From the IMG/VR virus record IMGVR_UViG_3300005083_000004: 64,000 nt of DNA. One strand, written 5' to 3'. A program made the translations under genes and the position numbers. Below, piece after piece: positions 49,075 to 60,200 of this stretch (its first letter is position 1; each line of letters begins with the position of its first letter). The stretch comes from an uncultured virus (IMG/VR IMGVR_UViG_3300005083_000004). Taxonomy: Duplodnaviria; Heunggongvirae; Uroviricota; Caudoviricetes. The notes beneath the pieces were generated by a model. The model worked only from the letters and a program-made list of their open reading frames with translations, searched no databases and was not told the origin of the DNA.

Positions 49075-50817
49075 TTATTTCCTCCCATATATTATTAAAT
49101 TGATATAAAATGTTGAATTTATCGATATATTAGTTATATTTAATATAACTTGTGTTCCTGATATTGTTTCTGTGTGCTCAAATATTATATTTGAATTTGT
49201 TGTTAAATCAATATTCATTCCAGTTATACTAACAAAACAATCAGTGACTGTAGATAATGATGACGGAACGGTTGTTGATCCAGTCTCTGTTATAGTCATA
49301 GGATGTAATTCAGTAACCATTCCCATCATATTATAAGTAAATTGTAATGTATTATTTTTGAAATATTGTATGCATCTATTATTTGGATCTGTGACAAAAA
49401 TAAAACCTGTATTATTTAAAAAATTATATGATGTTATATCTGTAACCGGATTAACACTTGTATCAGCATTAAGATTAAAATCAACGGCTTTTAATGGTGT
49501 TCTAACAATTGATGAAGTAGAAACTGTAAATTGAATAAACCCGGATACTTGAGGATTTGATATTGTCATTGTATCACAAAAAATTATCGTATTTTTCGTT
49601 AATCCCATAGATAGAATATCCGCATTACTTGGTTCAGTTGTCTTAAATAAGAAATCAATTCCTGACGTATAATTATTATTTGCAATTATACTCGCTTGTT
49701 TTATTTTATTATAAAAATAAGATATCCTTGTTGTATCATAATCTTCACTGAATACAATTACATTACCATTTGTTGTTGTTGAGTCAGTAGATGATACTTC
49801 GATTATTGGTGTATTTTGAACTAAGTTAAATTCCGTACCGTTGCTGTATATATAATTATCGTAAAAATATATATAAGAATTATCTGGATTAGTACTGGAT
49901 GGTCTATCGAATATGACACCTTTTGATATACCTGAATCGCCGCCATTTAATATGCTATATAAATATCCCATTGATGGATAATGTATATCATCTATAATAA
50001 CCGGTGAGTCCATTGTAATCTTACTGGCTCTATTTTCATATCCAACAATAGATCCATAATGATAAATTATACTATCCATTGTGGAATGAAGTGTATCTAG
50101 ATCTGATAATATAGATGGATGTGATTCACCATCCAGATTATGTTCACTTATTTTATTTGAAATAATCGTATCGACATCAACATTTATGTTTCCCTCTAAA
50201 TTACTAAGCTGTCCACCTAAATTTGTTAGTTCATTCATCAATTCATCAATATTACTTTTGATAGTAGGATGAGCATCAACATCCATATTATGTGATTCTG
50301 GAACTGCAGAAAAACTATTCATACCAACCATTTTATTGATAGTTTCGATGATATCCATATTTTCAATTAGTTCTAATCCGATTTGTTTTTTTGTGACTAG
50401 GTGAGGATTATTATAATTTTCGACATGATTTAGAAAATCTGCTTTATCATTTTGAAAAGTTGTATAATACAATGTGGCAGTATCAAATGCTTGTTGTATA
50501 GCAATTCTTGTAGGATTTGATACAGGTTTATTTAAATCTGAAGTATTATCTACATTACTTAATCCGATATCAGCTTTAGTAATAATGACATTTCCATTTT
50601 TTTTACCATTAACAGAACTGACGGGGAATATTATATTTTTAGCATCTTCAATTTTATAATCTATCTCTTGAAGTGTGGATCTTAAAGTCTTATCTTTATT
50701 TATATCCATATATATATCTTCAAGCAACGCAACGGGATATACTTCATAATAGTCACCGTATATATTATCAATATCCAATCGTCGTTTCAATATTTCATGG
50801 ATACGTTTAACCAGCAT
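49075..50817 (-). CDS. Tail fibre-like protein (paralog of 43577-45331)
   Basis: HEILKRRLD...YEVYP, VSSVNGK..NVIITKADIGLSNVDNTSDLNKPVS, NPHLVTKKQIGL, HNMDVDAHP, HNLDGESHP. Confidence 0.7.
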   Translation of the reverse strand: MLVKRIHEILKRRLDIDNIYGDYYEVYPVALLEDIYMDINKDKTLRSTLQEIDYKIEDAKNIIFPVSSVNGKKNGNVIITKADIGLSNVDNTSDLNKPVSNPTRIAIQQAFDTATLYYTTFQNDKADFLNHVENYNNPHLVTKKQIGLELIENMDIIETINKMVGMNSFSAVPESHNMDVDAHPTIKSNIDELMNELTNLGGQLSNLEGNINVDVDTIISNKISEHNLDGESHPSILSDLDTLHSTMDSIIYHYGSIVGYENRASKITMDSPVIIDDIHYPSMGYLYSILNGGDSGISKGVIFDRPSSTNPDNSYIYFYDNYIYSNGTEFNLVQNTPIIEVSSTDSTTTNGNVIVFSEDYDTTRISYFYNKIKQASIIANNNYTSGIDFLFKTTEPSNADILSMGLTKNTIIFCDTMTISNPQVSGFIQFTVSTSSIVRTPLKAVDFNLNADTSVNPVTDITSYNFLNNTGFIFVTDPNNRCIQYFKNNTLQFTYNMMGMVTELHPMTITETGSTTVPSSLSTVTDCFVSITGMNIDLTTNSNIIFEHTETISGTQVILNITNISINSTFYINLIIYGRK

Positions 50818-50906
50818 ATATTTATAAACTCCTTTTAATTAATTTATAATTATTTTAAAAGTCGAACCAATAATATATATATGTATAAAGCATAAAAAAA
50901 GAGAGA

Positions 50907-51191
50907 TTAAATCTCTCTATTTTTTGTGTATTTTAAAGTATTAAAAATTTTATAAAAGTTTACACAGATATCAGTCGCCCAATCTTCCCATGAAATAATC
51001 ACTCGATTAATCGGATCACCTCTTTTTTCACAAATATCAAAGATAATTCGTTCTAATGAATTTACTCGATGTTGTTCATGTAAATAATTCATTATCATAT
51101 AATATTCTTGATTAATATGAAGATTCAAGTTTTGCATGGGACCATCATATATAGTCCCATTGCTGTAAATTGGAAAAATAATTTCTTTCAT
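50907..51191 (-). CDS. Hypothetical protein
   Basis: 94 aa; AAGGA RBS; AATTATATATTAT upstream. Confidence 0.6.
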   Translation of the reverse strand: MKEIIFPIYSNGTIYDGPMQNLNLHINQEYYMIMNYLHEQHRVNSLERIIFDICEKRGDPINRVIISWEDWATDICVNFYKIFNTLKYTKNREI

Positions 51192-51248
51192 TGTTTTATT
51201 TCCTTATAAAAGTATTTATTATAATTATATAATATATAATTCATTTAT

Positions 51249-53408
51249 TCAAAAGATAGTTGAATTATCATCATTATTATCATAATAAACAACATCATTC
51301 ATGAAATCGGTAAATGAATCCTCATGTTCAACTCGAACTAAATCTTTACTATCATTATGCAACATTCCAATTTTATTTAATATATTAATTTCATTATTTA
51401 ATTGATAATCAATATCTGATATCTCTGGTCGAAAGTAATCTGATGCATTTTGAAAATTATGTTCATTTAGAGCTTGTTCAAATCTTGTTTCAGGTTCATC
51501 TCCAGTAATTGGATGTGCACCTTTATTAAAATTCCATCGTAATAAATTATCACCGTGATAATACACCCACATGACCATGCTCCATGCCATCCACATATCA
51601 TCATGCTCACCTTTAGATGCTTCAATTCTACCAGTGTTCGTAATAATCAAATTCGATAAATCTTCTACCAGTGCTTTAGTATTAATTGTATCTCTATATG
51701 AATTAACATGTCGAATCCATATCTGTTGCATTTGGCTTCTAATTCTATTAGAAGTAGCAACACCATAATATTTTTTCAGTTGTGATGCTACTTCTGTTCC
51801 TGATGCAAATTTAATATTCTCACGAACATCTGCTTTTGTAGGATCCTCAGCATCAAGTGATGTATATAATTGATCGTCTAAATAAGTTCTTCTTAGATAT
51901 GCAATTAAAGATTCACCAGAGCTTCTTTTTTCTATAATTATTAATGAATTAGGAATCATTTTCATTATATCCATTATTATTTGAACTTGATCAGGCTCAT
52001 CCATATATGGAGATCTAAATTCAGCTGCAACTTTAAATGTTCTTGGGTCAACAATACAAATTGCTGTATTATCTCCTCCACTACCAGTAGCTGGGTCAAT
52101 TCCAATAAAATATACATTGTTTTTATCAAAAAATCCTACAACGGAATATGATAAATGTTTATATAAATCTAATCTATATTTATTCATTAATAACATACTT
52201 CCATCCGGATTTCTTTTATGTTCAAATATATATTTTATATCATCTTCATTAAATGGCGAATTTGGTCTGAAATCTAATCTCATTAACAATATATCTGTTA
52301 AAAATGATGCCATTGATCCTTTAGCTCTAGCAGCAGATAACATTTCTCGAGCCCATTTTTCATCTCTGCCAATTTGAGAATATGAATATTCGATATACAT
52401 AATCTTTGAATATCCATCACCATTTCTCAACATATATTCTTCAATTTCTTCATTTGTAGAATCATATAATTTTTCATCCCATCTTGGTAATCTTTTAATC
52501 CAATCCGTATTTTCTCTACCAGTCCTACAATCAGAAGTTAATGCTGGTGTAGATGTAAATATACGACATGCAGGAATTCCTAATTCTATTGCTTTCACCC
52601 TTGATTCAGAATATGCATATGATGATGCATCCATTATATCTAATAAATAATTAATCCATTCGGCTTCATCAAAATACATTATAGGAAGTGCACTACCACG
52701 ACCCATTGTTTTAGCAGCTGCAATTGAAGTTGCTTTACTATTTATTTTAACACTATTATTTGACACAGGATTTTTTATTGATAATACATTTGATACTTTT
52801 TTGTTTTCTGGATCCTTAACCATTTTAGATTTCTTTGCTTGTTGAATTAATGATTGTGGAGCTGAGTCAAATGACATATATTTTGGAAGTGCTCGTAAGA
52901 ATGATTTCATATATTCTAAGTTTTCTATTGTTTTTGCTTGATCATATGTGAACATTGCAAACTTAGAATTTCGTGTTCCAAAATTATAACTCCAACACAT
53001 TGGTCCAGCTAAAAAATTTGTAGTTTTATAATTACGACGAGATAAACATAATACATTATCAACATAATTATGGAATAACCAAAATTGTGCTGCAGCTCCT
53101 CGATGTAAATAAAGATGTACTTTTTGTCCACCTTCAAGAGGCATTCTCACAACTTCACGATAATAATACCATGGATTTAATCTACATTCAGTTAGAACTC
53201 TTACTGCCATATCTCTTGATATATTTGGATCATATGGATCAACTCCAAATAATGATAAATCTTTTAATTCTAACATGAAATGATTATTTTTTATTCCAAG
53301 AAATTGTAATTCATTACATGTATTAATAAATGATGTATTTGTTGATTTAGTTACATAATACCGATATTTTTGAGACTTTATATCGAACTCTTTAACAATA
53401 TCATTCAT
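51249..53408 (-). CDS. Terminase large subunit
   Basis: ECRLNPWYYYREVVR, Walker A-like SRRNYKTT, GRG...YFDEAEW, TSTP, nuclease IGIDPATGSGGD, GEHDDMWMA. Confidence 0.9.
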   Translation of the reverse strand: MNDIVKEFDIKSQKYRYYVTKSTNTSFINTCNELQFLGIKNNHFMLELKDLSLFGVDPYDPNISRDMAVRVLTECRLNPWYYYREVVRMPLEGGQKVHLYLHRGAAAQFWLFHNYVDNVLCLSRRNYKTTNFLAGPMCWSYNFGTRNSKFAMFTYDQAKTIENLEYMKSFLRALPKYMSFDSAPQSLIQQAKKSKMVKDPENKKVSNVLSIKNPVSNNSVKINSKATSIAAAKTMGRGSALPIMYFDEAEWINYLLDIMDASSYAYSESRVKAIELGIPACRIFTSTPALTSDCRTGRENTDWIKRLPRWDEKLYDSTNEEIEEYMLRNGDGYSKIMYIEYSYSQIGRDEKWAREMLSAARAKGSMASFLTDILLMRLDFRPNSPFNEDDIKYIFEHKRNPDGSMLLMNKYRLDLYKHLSYSVVGFFDKNNVYFIGIDPATGSGGDNTAICIVDPRTFKVAAEFRSPYMDEPDQVQIIMDIMKMIPNSLIIIEKRSSGESLIAYLRRTYLDDQLYTSLDAEDPTKADVRENIKFASGTEVASQLKKYYGVATSNRIRSQMQQIWIRHVNSYRDTINTKALVEDLSNLIITNTGRIEASKGEHDDMWMAWSMVMWVYYHGDNLLRWNFNKGAHPITGDEPETRFEQALNEHNFQNASDYFRPEISDIDYQLNNEINILNKIGMLHNDSKDLVRVEHEDSFTDFMNDVVYYDNNDDNSTIF

Positions 53409-54679
53409 TATCTTGTGACTCCCTGTAATATTCCTGATGTAGCAATTTGATAATAACTACCTCTATTTGTAAAACCATGTTTAACAGATGATAATCGATA
53501 TTTCATCGGTTTTGTTGAATCAATTTTTCTAACTGAATCATATACTAAAATATATTCTTTATTCGGAGTAAATGCTGTCATATCGTAATTAAATCCAATA
53601 AATTCAATAATATTTCGTAAACCATATAATTGTTCACTTAATACTGATTGGGATTGATCATTGGTCGTTGTATATGAATATACCGTTGTATTTGGAAATA
53701 GTAAATCACTCATATTCAGCATTGAGTCTCGCAATATATCATTATCAACATTAATAATTTTTACTGTACTGCCTAATTGAGTTAACTCTTGTCCTTTATC
53801 TTTAAATTGAATATTTATATTATTGATATTTAAAAAAGTATAACTGTTATTTGAAATCTTAGTCATACAATCATGAGCTTTATCTGAATCAAAATTATAA
53901 ATATTGAAATTAAACCTAGGAGATTCATTTTCAATAAATACTGTTCCAACATCATTGACATCAAGTAAGTAAGTTATATTCGTATCAAAAAACAACATCA
54001 TTCCTTTTTTAAATAATGCATATTCACGATCTAAATAAGAAATTGCTGCATATAATGATACAGGAGGAACAAATAATTCCTCATATATTGTCGAATTTGT
54101 TATCGGATTCATCAAAAGATTTTTAATTCTACATTTACTCATTAAATATAGTACAGCATGTTGTAAATCCGTTTTTGTAAATATAGTATCTACAATAGTA
54201 TTAATTTTTTTATCTAATTCATCATCATATAATGATAATAATAATGATTCACCATTCATGGTTTCAAATTCATTTGGAACTGCACTTGAATTTTGACTAA
54301 CTGCATCTCTATAAAGTTGATTCTTTTCACTATGATAAGTATTATCAATATCATATAGTAATCGAAATTTACCATCGATGATTGTGATTGGAACACTCAA
54401 TGAATCAGTTGAATCATATGTTGTTTTATATGATTGAATTGATAGTAATATATAAACATTTTTCCAATACTTATTTATCCATATTTTCGTATTAGTATCA
54501 ACAACAACAGATAAATTTATTATTGGTTTAATAAAATTATCGAAATCTTTAATAATCTCAAATATAGGAATATTCATTTGATCTAAATTAATAATATCAT
54601 TATTTTCATTTATTAATTGAAATTTATTAATTTTATATCGATAATATTGTTCTTGTGTAGATGATGAAGTCGTTGCCAT
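53408..54679 (-). CDS. Hypothetical protein, possibly baseplate hub-like
   Basis: 423 aa; GGAGG RBS; coupled to terminase; C-terminal YRLSSVKHGF resembles hub-protein endings (weak). Confidence 0.4.
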   Translation of the reverse strand: MATTSSSTQEQYYRYKINKFQLINENNDIINLDQMNIPIFEIIKDFDNFIKPIINLSVVVDTNTKIWINKYWKNVYILLSIQSYKTTYDSTDSLSVPITIIDGKFRLLYDIDNTYHSEKNQLYRDAVSQNSSAVPNEFETMNGESLLLSLYDDELDKKINTIVDTIFTKTDLQHAVLYLMSKCRIKNLLMNPITNSTIYEELFVPPVSLYAAISYLDREYALFKKGMMLFFDTNITYLLDVNDVGTVFIENESPRFNFNIYNFDSDKAHDCMTKISNNSYTFLNINNINIQFKDKGQELTQLGSTVKIINVDNDILRDSMLNMSDLLFPNTTVYSYTTTNDQSQSVLSEQLYGLRNIIEFIGFNYDMTAFTPNKEYILVYDSVRKIDSTKPMKYRLSSVKHGFTNRGSYYQIATSGILQGVTR

Positions 54680-54967
54680 ATTTATATATCCTCCATAATA
54701 ATTTATTACAAGGAGAGTTAGCTTGTTTTATACATAATAATTAATATATTTTCTTGGATTGAAAATTTCAAGAAAATATATTAATTATTGAGACGCATCT
54801 TATTTTCTTTCTTTCTTTTTTATTCCTGTTCTTTTTTTAATTTGTATTTATTTTCTGATGAGGGATATCCCTCATTTTTTATTATCAAAATATATGAATA
54901 ATATATATTAATTAAATACACTAAAAACTTTTCAGATAACATTTTTTAAAATAAAGGAGATTAATAA

Positions 54968-57172
54968 ATGGACGAAATATTACCATTTTCTGCTGAAGAT
55001 CTTTCAGTGTTACCACCAGAATTTGAAAATGAAGATTATATTCGAACACCTGCAGAAGTTAAAAAAGTTTTAAATCCTGCTGGATTAAAACATCTATTAT
55101 CACTTATTCGAGAAACAATGCTTCTTAAAGTTGATAAACAAGTTGATCAAGCTTGGCATTTAACAAATTCAGGAAGCAGCCCAATTCCATATGGATCAGG
55201 AAATATTACAGCTGACGGGGGAGTTATAAATTATACAACAAAAGTAGAAAATTTTGGTAACACATTTTATGTAGATATAATCCCAAAAATGGAAGTAGAT
55301 AATCCATTACCAGATTCTGTAATTACACATATTCAATTATTAATGGATGCTAATACACATTGGCATATGGATGCAACAACACCTATTCATGAAACTCATA
55401 TTAGAAGTGATTTCATTCAAGGTAAACTTCAATTTATAACAAAAGACAGAAGAGATGATACACATACATCTACTGAAATGTCTAATGATGGAAATCCAGA
55501 AACTATAGCAAATATGGATTATGATTCTGATCATTTGTATTTAGCACCATCTTCTAGAAATTCACCTATTAAAACCAAAAATTATCAAGATATAAAAGCG
55601 TTATCTTTAGATCATATAACAAGAATAATAGTTGATGGAACTAATGGTAGAGCATATTATTTATCATCAAAAGATCCAATTGAATATATAAATGAATTGA
55701 GTAGAAGAATAGATGGTCAATTTGAACCATTAGCTAGAGAGCCTGAAACGATTGCACGAATAGTTGATATTCCTGTTCATATTCAAGATTTAGAAAGCTT
55801 TATTCCAACATTACCATTTTCCGGATCTAAAGCAATGGATGATATGAATTTTGATTTCTATTTACCTTATACATCTGGATATACAGGTGTGGAAAATAGA
55901 GAACAGGCAACTGTTGATGATCTATATACACGTAAAAATGATTTCAACTGGTTTTGGAATCATTATATTAATAAACAAAAATATATTGATTTCGATCGAA
56001 ATAATATATGGACTGGTATTAATAGAATTAGAAACACTGGAAATTATCTTGGATGGGTTTGGTCATATCGAGCATTGGAATCTATTGGTGCACCACAATC
56101 AGGAATTCCAAGAACAGGTTGGTCAACGACTTGGGGAGCATTGAGAGGAATATTAAATTGTGATACAAATAGAATGGCATCAGATAATGATATATTCATA
56201 GTTCAACATAATAATGATTCGCAAGTTTATACTTATAAACAGACATCTGATCCTGCTGCAGTAACACAACCTGGATTACCGCCAACTCCTGTTGGTGGTA
56301 GAGCTAATGGTGTCGATTTAAGATTAAACTTTCAAGCTATTAAAGGAAATGGAATTTTAGTACAAACAGAATCTACAAATAATGGTGATCATGGTATGGG
56401 CGGTGCCAATTCTGTATCACCATCTGCAATTAATACATCTGCATTACGAGCATATATTTCTGCAAATTTTTATGATAATGAAGATCCACCAAGTATAACA
56501 GTCCAAAATACAATTGATAATTATGTTTATAATATTAATTCATCAAATCCAAGTGGACAAACTTATCCAGAAACATCTGCTGCAGATGGAGTAATAAAAG
56601 GAACACCATCTTCACCATTATGGTCTCAATATTCAACTGATGGATATTCACAACAACCAGATATGTATACTTTTAGAAGTAGAATATATCGTATTATAGT
56701 TAATGATGTTAATAAATATGGAAAAACATCATATGAAGGAATGGCTAATTCAACACCGATAACAATTTATCCGGAAGCATGGTTAGATCAATATGCAAGA
56801 AATTTTACAGATACTAGAATGCCTTTAGGAAGAGGACAAATAAAAACACAAGAACTTGAAGATCATTCTGTATCATATCATAAATTAGAACCAATTGTTC
56901 AACAATGGTTAAAAACACAATGTAGATTAGTTGTATATTCAAGTTCAAATCCTCAACCGCCAAATGTTACTTTGATAAACCATCGTATATATGATTGGAG
57001 AGAGTCAGCTAGAAGTGAAGAAAGAACACAAGGTTGGAATGTTGCATATAATTCATATACACGAGTTATGTGGGTATGTAAAAAAGGGGATGGCAATGAT
57101 GGCAATGAAAGTCAATTGGCCAATGAAGGTGTTGGAACATGGTGGCCATGTGCGGGTACAATATTCCCATAA
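54968..57172 (+). CDS. Hypothetical protein, probably virion/tail-associated
   Basis: 734 aa, rich in N/T/S/G/P; AAGGAG RBS; conserved upstream 21-mer; hairpin at 57191-57215 downstream. Confidence 0.5.
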   Translation: MDEILPFSAEDLSVLPPEFENEDYIRTPAEVKKVLNPAGLKHLLSLIRETMLLKVDKQVDQAWHLTNSGSSPIPYGSGNITADGGVINYTTKVENFGNTFYVDIIPKMEVDNPLPDSVITHIQLLMDANTHWHMDATTPIHETHIRSDFIQGKLQFITKDRRDDTHTSTEMSNDGNPETIANMDYDSDHLYLAPSSRNSPIKTKNYQDIKALSLDHITRIIVDGTNGRAYYLSSKDPIEYINELSRRIDGQFEPLAREPETIARIVDIPVHIQDLESFIPTLPFSGSKAMDDMNFDFYLPYTSGYTGVENREQATVDDLYTRKNDFNWFWNHYINKQKYIDFDRNNIWTGINRIRNTGNYLGWVWSYRALESIGAPQSGIPRTGWSTTWGALRGILNCDTNRMASDNDIFIVQHNNDSQVYTYKQTSDPAAVTQPGLPPTPVGGRANGVDLRLNFQAIKGNGILVQTESTNNGDHGMGGANSVSPSAINTSALRAYISANFYDNEDPPSITVQNTIDNYVYNINSSNPSGQTYPETSAADGVIKGTPSSPLWSQYSTDGYSQQPDMYTFRSRIYRIIVNDVNKYGKTSYEGMANSTPITIYPEAWLDQYARNFTDTRMPLGRGQIKTQELEDHSVSYHKLEPIVQQWLKTQCRLVVYSSSNPQPPNVTLINHRIYDWRESARSEERTQGWNVAYNSYTRVMWVCKKGDGNDGNESQLANEGVGTWWPCAGTIFP

Positions 57173-57226
57173 TTAATTTCTAATTAGAATATAAAGGAGA
57201 CAATGTCTCCTTTATTTTAATATTCT

Positions 57227-60200
57227 TTAATCACTATGAGTAATAACGATATCACTACAAACTATTCGTTCTGGAACATATAATTGCATTTCCAATTCAC
57301 TTAAATCATCAACATTTGGAGAAATTACTGAAATTATTTGATATTTCGATGGATATGATGTATAATAATACAATTGACCATGGTCATCATAATCTGTTGC
57401 TAAAAAAGTCGACATGTCAGTTGATCCATCTAATATTAATGAATCTATACCGTTAAATATTAAATATTTGACATTTTCGATATTTAATTCTAGATTACGA
57501 ATTATATTTGAGATATATACATTTGCTATATCTGCTGAATTAATTAATTCAATTTGTTCTCGTATTGATTTTTTAACATCTTCAACCGTCGATAAATATT
57601 CATCTTCCCTATGGACACCCAATGAAAATTTAACTCGTAATGTTACAGATGCCAATCTTAATGACCTTAATTTTTGATCAGGTTCATTAACCTCCGATGT
57701 ACTAATATATGCAAATGATGATCTACCTGATGTATTATATAGTTTGAAATCAATCATTGTATTTTCCATTAAACGATCACTCATAAGATGACTAATTGAT
57801 TCATATATTGCATTCATTTCATATATAACATATTGTAAATTATCTTGGTCCACTGCAATATCATATCTAATAAAAGGAACTAATCCAAATGTATAAATTT
57901 TCGTACTTATAAAAGTTAGTGTTGATCTCATTTGAATCATTAATCTCATGAAATATAAATCTTCATATTCATTTTTAAAATAATCGGTTTCAAAAAATCC
58001 TCTAAATAATGGATCACCAAATTTGGCTGGAGCACCATAAGCTCTCCATCTATTAGTCGCAGGATAATACCGATATGTCACTCCAGTATGAGTATCAAAA
58101 TATGTTGAATTTTCCGTAGGTGTTCCAGAATAATGAGAGGTTAATGCAGTTCCAAATACCGAAGGATCTACTGGATATCCATATGACCAGTTTATTCCTC
58201 CGTCATTAAATGTTGTAAAATCAGATTGTTGAGCTAACGCCGGATCTGGAATAAATTCCCCTGATCCAATTGATTTACATAAAGTATATACTCTCAATCG
58301 ACATTGTTCTGATTCCATATATACTTTTCCTTCTGCATCTAAAGTTATTGCACGTAATCCATATATCCCAGCTTGTGGTGATAATTGAATTCTATTCAAA
58401 CCTGATAATGGGTCAATAGATGCTACATCCGTTGTATATATATCTCCTTCATAAGTATATACGTTATCAGAGGTTCTTTCAGTACACATCAATTCCAAAT
58501 AAGCATATTCATAATCAAGTATACCAACACTAACAACTACTTTCAAAGGAAATGTATCATTTGTGATCGGAATCCATTCTTTGATTGTATCATATATATA
58601 TTTATTATTCATTATGCTAACTGATGGATCAGTATTATAAACCGTGAATCCAAGTTTAGGTTCTTTTCCATATATTGTTTGGATATATGCTGTCAATTCA
58701 AAACTAAATGTTGATGATGATGGATTAATTGGAGTACTACTTCCTGGAGGATTTGCGAAGTTAAATGAAAATGTATTATCTTTATCAGTTGGATATGCAT
58801 AATGAAAATCTTGATTAGTATCATTTGCATTAAAAAATGAATCATCTAATGTTCCACCCAGTTTAATAGTAATATGATAGGATGGTGATGTTATATTTCT
58901 ATATATAGTTATTTTATTCAATATAAAATGTTCTAATGTTCCCTCATTTGAATCTTCTTGAATTAAAATTGATTCATGTGTTGTTAAAGGATTATACATA
59001 TTGACAACATTAGGAGATTCACTAAATTGTATTATAAATGGATTTACCCAAGCACGTTGCATGTCAACATCAGATGATGGTAATATATTATCAGCATTAT
59101 TAAATTGAGACATATTTAATCCAGATATCATTGCTAATGAATCACGGCTATATGTTGTATTCCAAGATAATGGCATATAGTTACAATTACCATCATCATA
59201 GTATTTCCATATATTACCGCTTTTCAAAGTGGTAATAATACTTGTTCCAGTAGAATAACTATATCCATTAACTGAATTTAATGTGTTATTTCCATTATAA
59301 TAAACTCTACTTGTTAATGTAGGAAATAAATATCCATTTCTTGATATCATGCTGAACATAGCAAACATTCGTCCCATCGGATCATCACGACGTTTAAAAA
59401 AGAAAACAGATACTCCGGTTCTTTGACTATATGTGTCAAAATATCTTTGAATATCATTATCACTACTTAATACATGAGCTGTATTCATAGCATTAATTGT
59501 TTCTTGACGAACCATCTCAACATCCGGTTGATCCATACCTCCAGAACTTGCAGAATATGGAATAGCAACCATTTTTAAATTTTCATTTGATATATATCTA
59601 TCACCAGTTCTTGTCACACTAACTTCTATATCATCATTAACAATAAAATTTGATGTATCACCATTACATGTATAAATAGTAAAATTAATTTTACTATTAT
59701 AAACCGGAGTCCAATATTTTTTAACATTCGAAAATGAAACTCTGATTGTTTGTTCATTATGCATAATTTTATACAAAAATGGTGTTAATAATCCTTTGCT
59801 ATATTTATATTTCTGAGTCATCATTGTTACATGACCATTTGAATCAGTATATAATGCATCAAATCCAGCTAATTGATTTGAATAAGTTAGATCAATCGGT
59901 TCTGCAGTAAATACTTGATTATTTGTAATAATTTCTTCTTGATAAGTTCTAGTATATTCACGTCCATTTATAAATAATAATAACCATTTATCTGATACTG
60001 AATTTTGAATATATTTTGTCTTAATATCAGAAATAGAATTAGGATAATCAATAATATATTCTGTTTCGAATCGAATTAAACCATTGATATATAAATATCG
60101 AATAGTTATATCATAATCTAGAGAAAATATATAATCTCCGACTGTAATTTTTGTATCTTTATCAATATATATAACATTACCAATTGAATTATTTAATATA

